From the NCBI GenBank assembly GCA_026770705.1, contig JANJGN010000021.1:100936001-101000000 (forward strand): 64,000 nucleotides of DNA. The letters run 5' to 3'. Below are positions 26,101 to 37,769 of this stretch, piece by piece. The stretch comes from Isurus oxyrinchus. Lineage: Eukaryota. The notes beneath the pieces are model-generated. The model worked only from the letters and a program-made list of their open reading frames with translations, made no database searches and was not told where the DNA came from. The number at the start of each line of letters is the position of its first letter. Position 1 is the stretch's first letter. The position numbers and the translations under genes are program-made.

Positions 26101-29100
26101 TAAATTCCATCAGCTACTGTTGGGTTTTGAATCCAGGTCCCCAGGACACTAGGCTGGGCCCCAGAATTAATCCCGTAGTAACATTACCACTCCATTACCA
26201 CCATCGCTCCTGTGCCTTCAATTACATGTATACATATACACCCAGAGCATTCAAATGTGCCTCCAGAGAGATACAGGAATGAATTGTTGGATCAGATTGC
26301 AGCCAGCCTCCGGGGCCCTAAACTCTGGAATTTCCTGCTGAAGCCTCTCTACCTCTGCCTGACTCGTCACCATTAAGGCACTTCTTAAGGCCTATTTCTT
26401 TGACCCAATTATGGTCGCCTGTCCTAGGATCTAGATCCATGGCTCGGTGTCAAAGTTTCCTCCATAATTCACTGCTATGAAGTGTCTTGAGAAGTTTTAC
26501 CAACATTCACACCATACAAGTGCCAGGCAAAGGCTATCTCCAACAAGAGTGCACCTAGCTAGTTCAGCTTGACACTCAATGGTGTTCCAATCGCTGAATC
26601 CCACAGAATCAACATCCTGGGGATCACCATTGACCAGAAACTGAACCGTTTCAGGCATATAAACATTATGGCAGGAGGGTGGGATTCTATACCAGTAAAT
26701 TGCCTCTTATCTACCTGCCTGCCCGCCATCTAAAAGGCACAAGTTGGAGTGTGATGGGATGCTGTCCATTTGCCCAGAAGGATGCAGCTCCAGAGCTCAT
26801 GAAGCTCGACACCATTCAGGCCAAAGCAGCACACTTGATTAGCACTCCATCCACTAGCTTAAACACTCACTCTCTCCAGTACCAATGCACAGTGACAGCA
26901 GTGTGTACCATCTACATGATGTACTGCAGCAAGATTCCTACGCCAGCACCTTCCAAACTCACGACCTCTACCAACGAGAAGGACAAGAGCAGCAGACACA
27001 AGGAAACACTACCACCTGTAAATTCACCTCAAAACCGCATGTCATCCTACTTTGAAATATGTCACCACATTTTCACTGGCGCTGGATAAAAATCCTGGAA
27101 CTCCCTCCCTAACAGCACTGTGGTGGTACATACACCACAGGGCCTGTAGCGGCTCAAGAAGGCAGCTCACCGCCACCTTCTCAAGGGCAACTAGGGATGG
27201 GCAACAAATGCTGGCCTAGCCAGCGATGCCCACAACCCATGAAAGAATAAAATCAAATGCGCTATTTAAATGTAAGTTGCTGTTATTGTTAGGTGAAATT
27301 TATCTCCCAGTAGGTTAAGTTTGCTTAATGGACTTAAGCATTTGCGAAAATTATTTCTGGGTTTATTTTAGTACAAAACTGGCGGGTTTCACTCTGAAGC
27401 ACAGATCATTGACATGAGGAATTGTGTCTGAGTAATAATTCCTCAACAGAAAATATATTCTCTGCCTGGATTTCAGTAACTGTAAGTTTACATACCACAT
27501 GGTTGAAATCGGTTGCATGTACTGCACCAAGCAAATCTGTCACACATAGAAACAAAGAAAAATATCAAGATATGAAAAATTGATTGAGGGGGCTGCTATA
27601 AATTAAAATGATGGTTCTAGGAAACAACACTTGAGGAAACTGGAAAAAATCTCTGTTTATGAAGATGAAAAAAACACATAAATGACAAGGAAGTATCTAA
27701 CATACACTGTGTCTAATGTCTTATGCCACACGCTATAGTGTGGTTACACCGCTTATCTGATAGTTAAGTGAGGCAAAAATGATTTTTTTTATTACCAAAG
27801 GGAGACTGTTCAATAACGGACATATATTTAATATGAACGACTTTTCTCTTTCTTTCTCATTAACTATAGCCATAGGTTCAGAGTTAAAAAAATATTAACG
27901 GAGTTCCCTTTATTGCATTTTAACACATTGTCACAAAAGCCCATCTACTTCACTCAAGTCCCTCCGGGAAGTGTATCTGATACCCTTAGCTTGTCTGTGA
28001 CTCCAGACCCACAGCAATGTGGTTAATCCATAACTCCATAACTGCTCTCTGAAGCCACTCAATTGTCTCAAAGGCAATCGGGATGGGCACTAAATGCTGG
28101 CCCTCTTAGTGATGCTCACATGCCCTGAATATTTTTTTTTCAAACACCTACCAGACTAATGAAAGCCAAACAATTGTGTCATACGTTGAAAGGATAATAT
28201 GGACCATATTAACTTTCAATGTGAAAACGGAAACAATCCTTACCATGAGGGGGAATGTCAGAATAAACCTCTTCTTCACTGAACCGCAAAAGAAGGAGAA
28301 AACAAACAATTACATTGTTTACAAACACACAGGATTCGACAGGTGAAATTAAAGAAACAAAGTAAAACGTCTGTTTTTTTACGCACCATTGAAAAGATGG
28401 GGGGAAATCTGTGGAAATACAAAGAGCAAACAAATAAATCATAACCATGTAGCAACATTGTATTCAGCCATGTCTCTGTTTTAACATTTCTCCATAACTA
28501 TTAATACATTATTTTATAAGGCTCCTTAGACAGCATTCTTCAAACCCAAGTCCGCTCCTACTTAGAAAGACAAGGGCAGCAGATAGATGGGACAACACCG
28601 CCTAGAATTTCCCTTTCAAATCATTCACCATCCTGACTTGGAAATATATTGCCTCTCCTTCACTGTCGCTGTGTCGAAATCCTGGAACTCCCTTCCTAAC
28701 AGCACTGTGGGTGTACCTGCACCACATGGCGGTGAGGAAGGCCCTCCTCGTCAGATTCTTCCAACACACCAGGAGGCTCAACTCCTCTGCACGTTGCCCT
28801 CGAGGTGGCTGTGGTGGGGACGAGACCGTTGTTCACCTCCTTGTGGACTGTGCCTTTGCAAAGAAGGTCTGGAGAGAGATGCAGTGGTTTCGGTCGAGGT
28901 TCATCCCGAGCAGTTCAGTGACACAGGACTCTGTTGTTCCCAGGGACACACACCGAGACAAACATCTAGAGGATGCAGCTGGAGGATCATCAACTCGGTG
29001 AAAGACACTCTTTGGTCTGCCCGAAACTTGTTGGTCTTCCAGTGCAAAGAGTTGTCCCCGACCGAGTGTTGCAGACTGGCACATTCCAAGGTCCAGGACT

Positions 29101-32100
29101 ACGTGCTGAGGGACGCACTGAAGCTTGGGGCAGCCGCCGCAAAGGCGCAATGGGGAAAGGTTACTGTCTAAGATCTTTCTGCCATAGTGCACCAAGGGGC
29201 TGTGAATTGTATAACCTCTCGGGCTGTTCAGCTCACAATGCGTGTATGCATTGAATACTAATTGTATTATAATTGTAGTGAAGGACCTCAGAGTGCAACA
29301 TGATGCATGATTGAAAACTCCAATATCATTGCACTGTCTGACTGTCTGTAATGACCACATTGAAAAGACTGTAACATTCATTGATTGTATTGAAGCACCT
29401 CGTGATCCATGTGTAAAAGTTGAATCTGATTGCACTTTTTGTGATGGCGATTTTGAAATGTTTTTTGATGTTCTTCTAGGTATTTTATGAATAAAGTATA
29501 TTTTTCACAAAACAAACATGGACTGCAGTGGTTCAAGAAGGCAGGTCAGGCTTCTCAAGGGCAATAAGAGTGCACCATAAATATTGACTTAGCCAGCGAT
29601 GTCCACATCTCATGAATGAATAAAAATAATGTTTATTTGCGGGCACTGGGAGTAGGCAAGGGGTACTGTAGTAAGCTAGCACATTGTCCCTTCATTATAG
29701 CGTCAGGTCTTATTCCGACTCAAACAGCCCGCTGAGCCTAACCTGTGTTCACATGTGGAAAGGCAATATGCAAATTAAATTTTGACCCAGAGTCGAATGA
29801 GCAGGTTCGAACTGAATGCAACAAGGCAGGATTAAACCCACCACATGTACTTGATTCAACAAATGAAAACGATATTATATCAATCCAACATTAAGATACT
29901 CCAGGGATTCTGGTGAAACAGTAACGTTGGTAATGTGCAGATAACTCGATACTCCTTTGGGCCACCTCTCCAATTCTACAAGCATCTAACTGCCCTTGTT
30001 ACTGATACCATGGGTTATTTTAACTTAATGAGCAGCGTGGGAAACCCCTGGGACCGGGTGCAAAGCCAATTCTCCACTCCGCTCAATATTACCCTCCATT
30101 GAGTTCAATAGAGGGAGTGGGTGCTGGTGTGGGAGGTAGCGATGTTAAATTATCAAACAACAAGCTACAGAGGCTGTACCTGAGCAATCTATGTAAAATA
30201 TCGAAGCCTCATTGAACGTTGGCATTTAGAAAAATTACATGATTCTTTATTCGGGGATGCTTACCATCAAATGTAGTTTCATCATAGATCGGCTCATCCC
30301 TTCATGAGAACAAAGAAAGAGGAGATCAGTGTCACTGTCCATTTACTCAAGCTACAAAGCAATCAGAGTTATGGAGCTAGATAATGTCAAATGGGAGATT
30401 CACCAACCTTTCGAGTGGTAGAGGAAAATCTGCAAAAGTAAAGAATAACTTTTGTAACGTCAATGCAATCCATCTAAAGATATTTTGACTAGAGGACACT
30501 GTTCCCATGGCGGGTGGGTTAATAACCAGAAAACTTAGATTTCAATTAACTGATAACAGTAATGGAGGGAAACTTGAGGCCTTTTTAGTGCAGCGAGTAG
30601 TTATGGTATGGAATGTACGACCTGAAAGTGTGGTGGAAGCAGATTATCGCTGATAGACTTGGTTCAAATTCAGTTTAGAATAATGAGAGGTGATCTTCTT
30701 AAAACATATAAGACCCTGAGGGGGCTTGATAGGGTAGATATCAGGAGGATGATTCTATTTGTGGGGGAGACTAGAACTAGGGGACACAGTTTAAGAACAA
30801 GAGGTCGACCTTTTAAGATGGAGATGAGGAGAAATTTGTTCTCTCAGTTATTATTTGGAATATTATTCCCCAGAGAGAGTGGAGGCTGTCACTGAATTTA
30901 TTCAAGGCTGAGTTAGATAGACCTTTGATAGATAAGGGAGTCAAGGGTTATGGGGGGCATACAGGAAAGTGGAGTTGAGACCACAACCAGATCAGCCAAT
31001 TCAATTCTATAAATGGATGCTACTTACTAGGTGCGTTCATTTCATCATAGGTGGAAACATTACTATCTACCCAGGGTCTGGAAAAGATAAAACAAAATTG
31101 CATTATTATGTAACAAAGGTCCAGGTATCTAAAAAAAATGTCTTATTACTGTCATAACCATCAACTAACCTTGGTACTTGTGCGCCTAATTCTGTGGAGA
31201 TACGAAATCGAAAACTGAGGTTTATCCTTTGATGCAGGTTTGATACCGCGAAGAGAAATTAAAGTTATATGCGCTTCTTAGGCCCGTCCATCAACACAAA
31301 TGAAAAAAAAACTATTGAAGCACTTTGCTAAGAATAAATATCATTTTTAAATGCATAAAGAGCGATTCAAAAATAGACTAGTTAAATACATTTACTCACC
31401 GTTACATACTCACCATTAAAATGAACACTGCTGCAAGGAGCTACATTGCTTTAGAATCAAAGAAAAACATTGATGTTACTGAACTGAATGTCTAAATGCA
31501 CATCCATGAATTTTTAAAAAAAAAAACAGAAAGAAAATAGCGTAAGATCTTCAAAATTCACTGACCGTGGTAACCCTGCAGTGTCCGAGGCTGCTAAAAT
31601 CAATTGTGATAGAGAACGCGTTACAAATTTACTACATTTATCATAATATCTTCTTATTTGGAAACTGCAGCGCTCCAACCACAATCCTGCCGAAATCAGC
31701 CAATGATGTAAATTGGTCTTTGCCGGTGCAGTTTATCTAACCAACTGACTCAATTTCTATTCATCTGCAAGTGTCTAGTATTAAATGTATTAGCATTTAA
31801 CGTAGATTACTGTACGTAATCAGCAAGTAGCATACTGAAGCTCAGAAAATATAAATACAATAACCTTAAAATTCCTGCTAATAATAGTTACGGGGGAACA
31901 TTTGCCACACTATGGGACATAGAACTGTTGGGAGCCTAGTTTAACAACAGGCAAGTTAAGTCATCCATTAATAAAGCCGACAATTCAACGTCATACTAAA
32001 CCCCTAACGGTTCATTGGCTAATGTCACCTGGACTACTTTGTAGCCTATCACTCAAATGGATTTCTAGCAGTAAAACATTGCAATTTCAATTAGTCACTT

Positions 32101-35100
32101 ACTAGCTAGAGTCGCATCGTCATAAATCCGATCATTGCTTCTGAATCACAAACAGAAAGGCTGCATTATCGCAAAGTATAAAATGCAATATACAGTAATA
32201 TCGAGAAAAAGAAAAGTTTTTTGAGAGATTTACCGACCTCTGAAATTGTGATCCACCTATTGTGAAAAGTAAAATTAAAGAGATGAGTAAGAATTTGAAT
32301 AGGACCCTAACTGTTGCAACGCAAATATCACTGCATTAGTTTGCATTGTTATGAACGTATCCATATTTCGGGAGGACCCGGAAACGGAGTAATGTTCTTT
32401 GTTACCTTTTATCGAAAAGTAACATGCGGAGAACAGAACAAAAGCGCCCAACGCACCGGCACCGGCGTACATGAGTGAGTAGGACGTCAGTGACTCTCTG
32501 GGTTTCTCTGCCGTCGGTTCAACCGGGACATAACCTAGGCAGAAGAAAGCAAGAGTTTGATGCCCCAAAATATCGCTTTCTATTTCCTTCTCACCACAGA
32601 TGACGAATATACACTGATTCCCGCGACCAACATCTCCATTTTGTAGGATGATCTGTCATCTCAATGGATGAAGAGAACGACAGATGCAGTCGTGTTTTAA
32701 GAAGTTATGAGCAACTGATTGTTAATGTGTCCAAGTTCGACTGCTGCCTTGTCAAAGCATCTGACGAATATAAATCCGTAATAGAATTCTCTGTTCCCAC
32801 TATTCTTCGGGAGAGGGGTTGGCGTTTTATGTGTCAGAATGCATGCACATGTGAGAGTATCGGCTTGTTTTACGGAACGGGGCAAGATAAAATAGAGTGT
32901 AAATGACAAAGCGGTAGGACACAGTGAACATTTTCATGGGCTGTTCCGAGATCAAAATTCATTCAATTATAGATTAGTTACAGTAACGAAAGAGGCTATT
33001 CGGCCCTAGCTCTCCTAAGGAGCAATTTACCTAGTGCCACTCTCTGTTTTCTCCCCTTTGCCCTATGCATTTTTGCTTTTCAGGTAATAATATAATTCCT
33101 TCTTGAATGCCTCGATTGGGCCTGCCTCCACCACACGCTCAGGCAGAGCATTCCAGACCCTCGCCACTCGCTGCCTGACAAAGTTATTCCTTGTGTCTTC
33201 CTGCGGTTGTATAGAGCCTTGGTGAGGCCACACCTGAAGCATTGTGTGCAGTGTTGGTCCCCTTACCTAAGGAAGGATATTATGGCCACAGAGCAAGTGC
33301 AAAGACAGTTCATTAGGCTGATCGCGGGAATGGTGGGATTGTCCAACGAGGGAGATTGAGGAGATTGGGCCTATATTCCCTAGGCTCTAGAGTCTGGAGT
33401 TTAGAAGAATGAGAGGTGATTTCATTGAAGTGTACAAAATTCTTACAGGGTTCGGCAGGATAGATGCAGGAACCACGTTCTGGGGGATCTAGAACTAGGG
33501 GACAGGATCTCAGAATAAGAAGTAGGCCATTTAGGGCTGAGATGAGCAGGAATCTCTTCAGCCTGAGGATGGTGAATCTTTGGAATTCTCTATCCCAGAA
33601 GGCTGTGGAGGCTCAGTCATTCCGTATATTCAAGACAGTGATTGGTATATCCCTGACTATGAAAGACATCAAGGTATCCCGCATAGTGCGGGAAAACATA
33701 ACATTGAAGTAGATGAATGACGGAGCAGGCTCGAGGAGCAGAATTACCTCCTACTGCTCCTATGTCTGCCAATTACTTTAAACCTGTGCCGTCTTCTTTT
33801 CCTTTCTTGTACCAATGGGAGCAGTTCCCCACCCCCTCAGCCAGCCCCGCTCCACCCCCGATCGACTCTCGATTGCTCTTTTCTTATTCCCTGGGAAATA
33901 CGTTTGGTTTGTAAGATCTACCTTTAGCTTGCCATGTGTTTGATCCAATCTGTGTATCCGTGTGTGTAAATATTCACAATTTCTTCATGAAAATTTGCTG
34001 ATATGATGGGAATCATTATTAAACAGAAAGGGGGGGGGGGTGGGGAGAGAGATGTTTATAGTCGGCTGGCTTCTATAAATCTGCAACCTGTCATAGACAA
34101 AGAATGGTATCTTGAATTTCATTACATTAATATGTTTTCTTTACATGTAAGTCCGTCGGTGTTAATTCCACCATTATACACTAACCGAATGACAGACCCA
34201 ATGGTTATCGTGGAATATTTAACTTGTGACAAGCATTCAACTCACGCGCTACGTTAAGTGTTGTTCCTGCTCCATATGTTATGTTAAATCTCATAAGTTC
34301 CACTTCGCAGTAATATGTCCCTGAATCGTAATGCCTCAAGTCTGTTATATTAATGGAGGCGTCCCTCTTTTCTTTAAAATCCTCAGCGCTTGCCCGAGAC
34401 ACTCGCCCTCTGAATTCCGCAGCTTGCTCGGTGACTTCAAGCCCGTTTTTGGTATTTTTGTGCCACTTGAAGAAACCGACTCCCGAGGGCCCTTCGTACG
34501 TGCAGTTCAGCAGCACCGACTGCCCCTCGGTGGCATTAATGAAGAGCGGGGTCTGGGTAACTCTGATGTTTTCTGCAGCAATTCCTGTCAATACACGAAA
34601 TGGAGAATTTCTGAAGCACAACATCCCCACACCTTGTTTCATCTGATGAAAAATGAACCTTGGGGGAATAAAAGGCGCAAGTAAACACGTCGGGTCCTGG
34701 AAACCGTTAATGAAGGCCTCAAGGAGATTGCGCTAATCCCCAAAGCCAGGAAGAGAGTTTCCAAACACAGAAAAGTCGACCTCGTTTGGGTGCATTCTTC
34801 CCAGACCCGAGTCCCCGCTTAAGGCCGGAGAGACAGCGAGCGGAGAGCTTACAGGGAAATTTTCGGTGCAAAGGCAACTATTTTCTATCAACTCGATTTA
34901 TTCGGCTGAAAATCGCAGCGCACAGGCCCACAGGAGTCGCTGGGGGTCGGGGGGGGGGGGGGGGGGCGGGGTGGGGAGCCTTGGCGATTCCTCCTGTTGT
35001 GGCCGATATTCTAGTTTACCGCCTGGGCCGAACACGTCCTGTGGACGGACACAGAAAGGAAATTCTAGGGGCAGATTCCCCCGGGCATTGACGAACCGCC

Positions 35101-35791
35101 TTCCATTGGATAAAATCTTAGTTAACCTGAGGCCCTTCACTCCAGATTCATTTCTACCTTCTCCTCTGGCGATGTTTCACGCCCAGGCTCAAATTTGCAG
35201 CATTCTGGTTGACTAACTGAACCCAGCAAGCATGATTGAATATTTCGCGGCGCCGCATTTAGAGGATATAACAAAGTCAGCCAGTTTTACGGCTATCATA
35301 TATTTATTAATTCAGTTTTTTTCCACCCTCGCCTCTGTGTCAAGGTTATGGATTGGAGCCTCCCTCCAGCATCATTTCATATAATTTAGGCGCATATCTC
35401 AGTGCAGCGCTGAAGGAATGGTGAGCGGCGGAGATACGGTTCTGTCTACGAGAGCGTGTATGGACCTCTGTGTGCTCAGTGGCTTCAAGTCGGTGGCACA
35501 AATTCCACGTTTCTATTCTACGAACACCAAAAGTAACACATCTGACCTGGCCGTCAACCCTTCCCAATTAAGGGAAATATATGGTTCACTCTGTTCCTGT
35601 ACGATTATACCGCCATGCCCATGGCTACTGCTGTGCTCTTTATATACTAAGTCCTAGGATACCTTTCTGACCCCCCCCCCCCCCCCGCCCCCCACCACCC
35701 TTTTTGAGATTCTAGCTCCTCTGACCGAAGTGTGCAATCGGTACTTACCAGGGAAAAGAGTCAGTACCCACACTATATACCTGGAATCCAT
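23099..35791 (-). CDS. NCR3: NKp30/NCR3-like receptor B, no TM charge, tyrosine-motif cytoplasmic tail; about 218 aa
   Basis: Predicted exons 35749-35791, 34246-34584, 32406-32534, 32238-32256, 28244-28278, 27496-27536 and 23099-23149. They total 657 nt, all GT-AG, with consistent phases 1-1-1-2-1-0. Minus-strand AATAAA at 22860-22865. Confidence 0.78.
24110..25990. mobile_element. Nested CR1 fragments with a tRNA-derived SINE (about 24715-25082, minus strand) inserted
   Basis: ORF 25649-25960 (RRLCGDLIDVFKIM); the SINE resembles 45240-45510 in reverse. Confidence 0.7.
26500..27252 (+). mobile_element. 3' end of a second LINE family (tail ...caagggcaattagggatgggcaacaaatgctggcc...)
   Basis: ORF 26679-27089 (KLDTIQAKAAHLI); the same tail occurs at 7500-7600, 28070, 29520, 41450 and 63400. 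Confidence 0.7.
27496..27536 (-). CDS. NCR3: NCR3-like B cytoplasmic exon (DLLGAVHATDFNHV)
   Basis: Acceptor tttttctttgtttctatgtgtgacag; donor GTG|gtatgt; converts phase 1 to phase 0 as the model requires. Confidence 0.65.
28244..28278 (-). CDS. NCR3: NCR3-like B cytoplasmic exon with Tyr motif (EEEVYSDIPPH)
   Basis: Long polypyrimidine tract ttgttttctccttcttttgcggttcag; donor CATG|gtaagg. Confidence 0.7.
28730..29515 (+). mobile_element. 5'-truncated Tx1/L1-clade LINE with TSD, inserted in a LINE tail
   Basis: Zinc-binding motif CPRGGCGGDETVVHLLVDC; AATAAA at 29490; ACATGG duplicated at 28724-28729 and 29516-29521. Confidence 0.8.
30490..30995 (+). mobile_element. CR1 3' fragments
   Basis: ORF 30659-30895 (MRGDLLKTYKTLRGLDRVD...TRGHSL). 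Confidence 0.8.
32238..32256 (-). CDS. NCR3: NCR3-like B putative 19-nt cytoplasmic micro-exon
   Basis: Acceptor ttttacttttcacaatag; (G)GSQFQ; donor AG|gtcggt supplies the phase 2 needed by the next exon (an alternative donor at 32234 is phase 0). Confidence 0.5.
32406..32534 (-). CDS. NCR3: NCR3-like B exon 3 (stalk + uncharged transmembrane)
   Basis: Acceptor ttcttctgcctag|GT; YVPVEPTAEKPRESLTSYSLMYAGAGALGAFVLFSACYFSIK; donor AAAG|gtaaca. Confidence 0.85.
32960..33765. mobile_element. CR1 3' fragments (minus-strand tail, then plus-strand ORF2 end) in NCR3-B intron 2
   Basis: ORF 33464-33712 (TRGQDLRIRSRPF...LWNSL). Confidence 0.8.
34246..34584 (-). CDS. NCR3: NCR3-like B exon 2 (VJ-type IgSF V domain)
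   Basis: Acceptor gtattgacag|GA, donor C|gtgagt; 339 nt; AEFRGRV, DSGTYYCEVE, YGAGTTLNV; 56/108 residues identical to the gene A V domain in an ungapped manual alignment. Confidence 0.93.
35749..35791 (-). CDS. NCR3: NCR3-like B exon 1 (signal peptide)
   Basis: MDSRYIVWVLTLFP + G|gtaagt; phase 1. Confidence 0.85.
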
Positions 35792-36039
35792 CTCGTCCTT
35801 TACTGCACGAACAATGAAATCAGAAATATTGATAGTAAACGGAAGCTATAAGCGGTCGGGAGCTTAGCGGTGTGATTTGAGATGTGTAACTCTTTCCATC
35901 AGCGTAAATGTGACGTTCCGGAAAGGCAAGTGAGAGTAGAAACTTGGGTCCGTTTTTTGCTCTCTCCTTCATGAGCTTGCATATTTTACAAATGACGATA
36001 TTTTCTCTCCCAGGCTTGTATATCAAGCTTAACACTGAT

Positions 36040-36840
36040 GAATGGGAGGTGGTTGGCAGCTAAAGTTCAAGGCAAATAAATGCGAGGTGGTAGATTTCAA
36101 TCGGAAATCTCTAATCCCTTCCAATTGGCAGCTGCATGTCTAGGTGGAGTGGAGGGACAAAGGGAACTCGGATTGCAAATACACCATTGGCTGAAAACTG
36201 TGACACGAGTTACCAAGCTTATAAAGAAAACAGTAGCAGGCTTTATTTCTAGAGGGATGGAATTGAAAAGTAGGGTTGTTAGGCTAGATCTATATCGAAT
36301 CTTGGTTAGGCCACACTTAGGTCGCTAAATGCAGTTCTGGTCACTACATTGTAAGATAAGCTATGAGATGTCCTGCAGCGGATGCAGAGAAAAAAAAATT
36401 GAAGGATGCTCGCAGATTTACATATCAGGAACGGACTGAGATTTGGGTCTCATTTCTCTTGAAAAAAAGAAGGCTGAGGAGTTTTTGAAATTATGAAAGA
36501 TTTTGATAGAGTGGATACAGGGAGAATGTTTCCTTTTGTGGGGAAGAGCATAATTACAGGCTATCAATATAAGATAGTCACCAAGAAACCCAGTAAGGAA
36601 TTCAAGAGAAACATCTTTATCCAAAGAGTGGTGAGGATGTGGAACTCGCCACCACAGAGTGTTTGAAGCGAATAGTATAGATGCATTTAACGGGAAGCTA
36701 GACAAGCATACGAGGAAGAAGTGAACATAAGGTTACAATAGAGTTAGACAAAGAAAGATGGAGAAGTGTTCAGGGGAGCCTAAACACCGACAGAGACTGA
36801 TTGGGCCGAATGGCCTGTTTCTCTGCCATACATTCTATCT
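36040..36840 (+). mobile_element. CR1 3' fragment immediately upstream of NCR3-B
   Basis: LYRILVRPHL; tail gggccgaatggcctgtttct. Confidence 0.8.
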
Positions 36841-37769
36841 AATTCAATGTTATTATATTTTAACAATTCGGCATCTCCGAGGATTCTGAAATGTATGAAA
36901 ACAAGTGTTGCAATACATTTCAAATCCTCGGAACTGTTTCACATGATGTTTCAAAGTTAGGACAGTTCAATTTTTGTTTTTGCTAGAGAGACCGTTAAGA
37001 ATCGTTACACTGGAGGTGGTATTGTGGACGGTCTTCAAATAAAATGACCTCACTGACATTTCGTAGGCAATCTGATAGTTATTTGAATCTAATGCAACTG
37101 CACTCCAAGTGCATTTTGGGATAGTTCGCTTTGGAATGAACTTAGCCGGAATCCAAGAAATAAGGTGTTGCCGTGTTCTGGCTCACGCTACAATACCCTC
37201 TAACAAAAGCATTACAATCTCTCTCATTCTGTAGTGGTTCCAGCGGTCTCTCTGTCTAGACGGGAAATGTCTTATTTGCACTCCGTGTGGTTAACTGCAA
37301 AATCGCCCTGATGTATTATGTAGCACGTATTAAGCAATTGCAACATTCTAGTTTCCACAGCAAACGTGTATGTGTGTATGTGTGCCTGTGTGTGGACGGT
37401 TTTATTTTTAACCATTCGAAAGCTTGAATTCTTTGCACAATATACCTCGGATGCAGGTTTTCAAAAATAGTCGGTGACTGTGCTGAATTCCCCCCTTTTA
37501 GGAAATCCGAAGCAGCTAAGCTGAACGTCGGGAAATATTGTGCAAAATAGCTCACGCTTTCTGCCTTCTGGTAACTACGGTATTTGGCACAGAACGCACA
37601 ACTAAGGGAAACGTAACCAGGAAACAATTAGTCGGCCATGGCTGCAGAATTTTAATCGGAACCGAAAGCCTACCAAGACCAGTAGAAAGACAGACATTGG
37701 CAGTGGCATAATTTTACTTGGGACCGCGAAATGAGGCAAATCTTAAATTGGGGAAGGCGCTAATGTGTG

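Noticed and set aside
31395-31491. Leader-like or tail exon (MFFFDSKAM*LLAAVFILM, two gtgagt donors)
   Set aside because: In-frame TAG and wrong phase for a leader. It could only be an alternative short 3' exon of gene B, which I cannot support.
32275-32405. Read-through tail of gene B ending SNSYSSL*
   Set aside because: A good donor at 32405 and phase-consistent downstream exons make this likely intronic; not a canonical ITIM. It remains possible as an intron-retention isoform.
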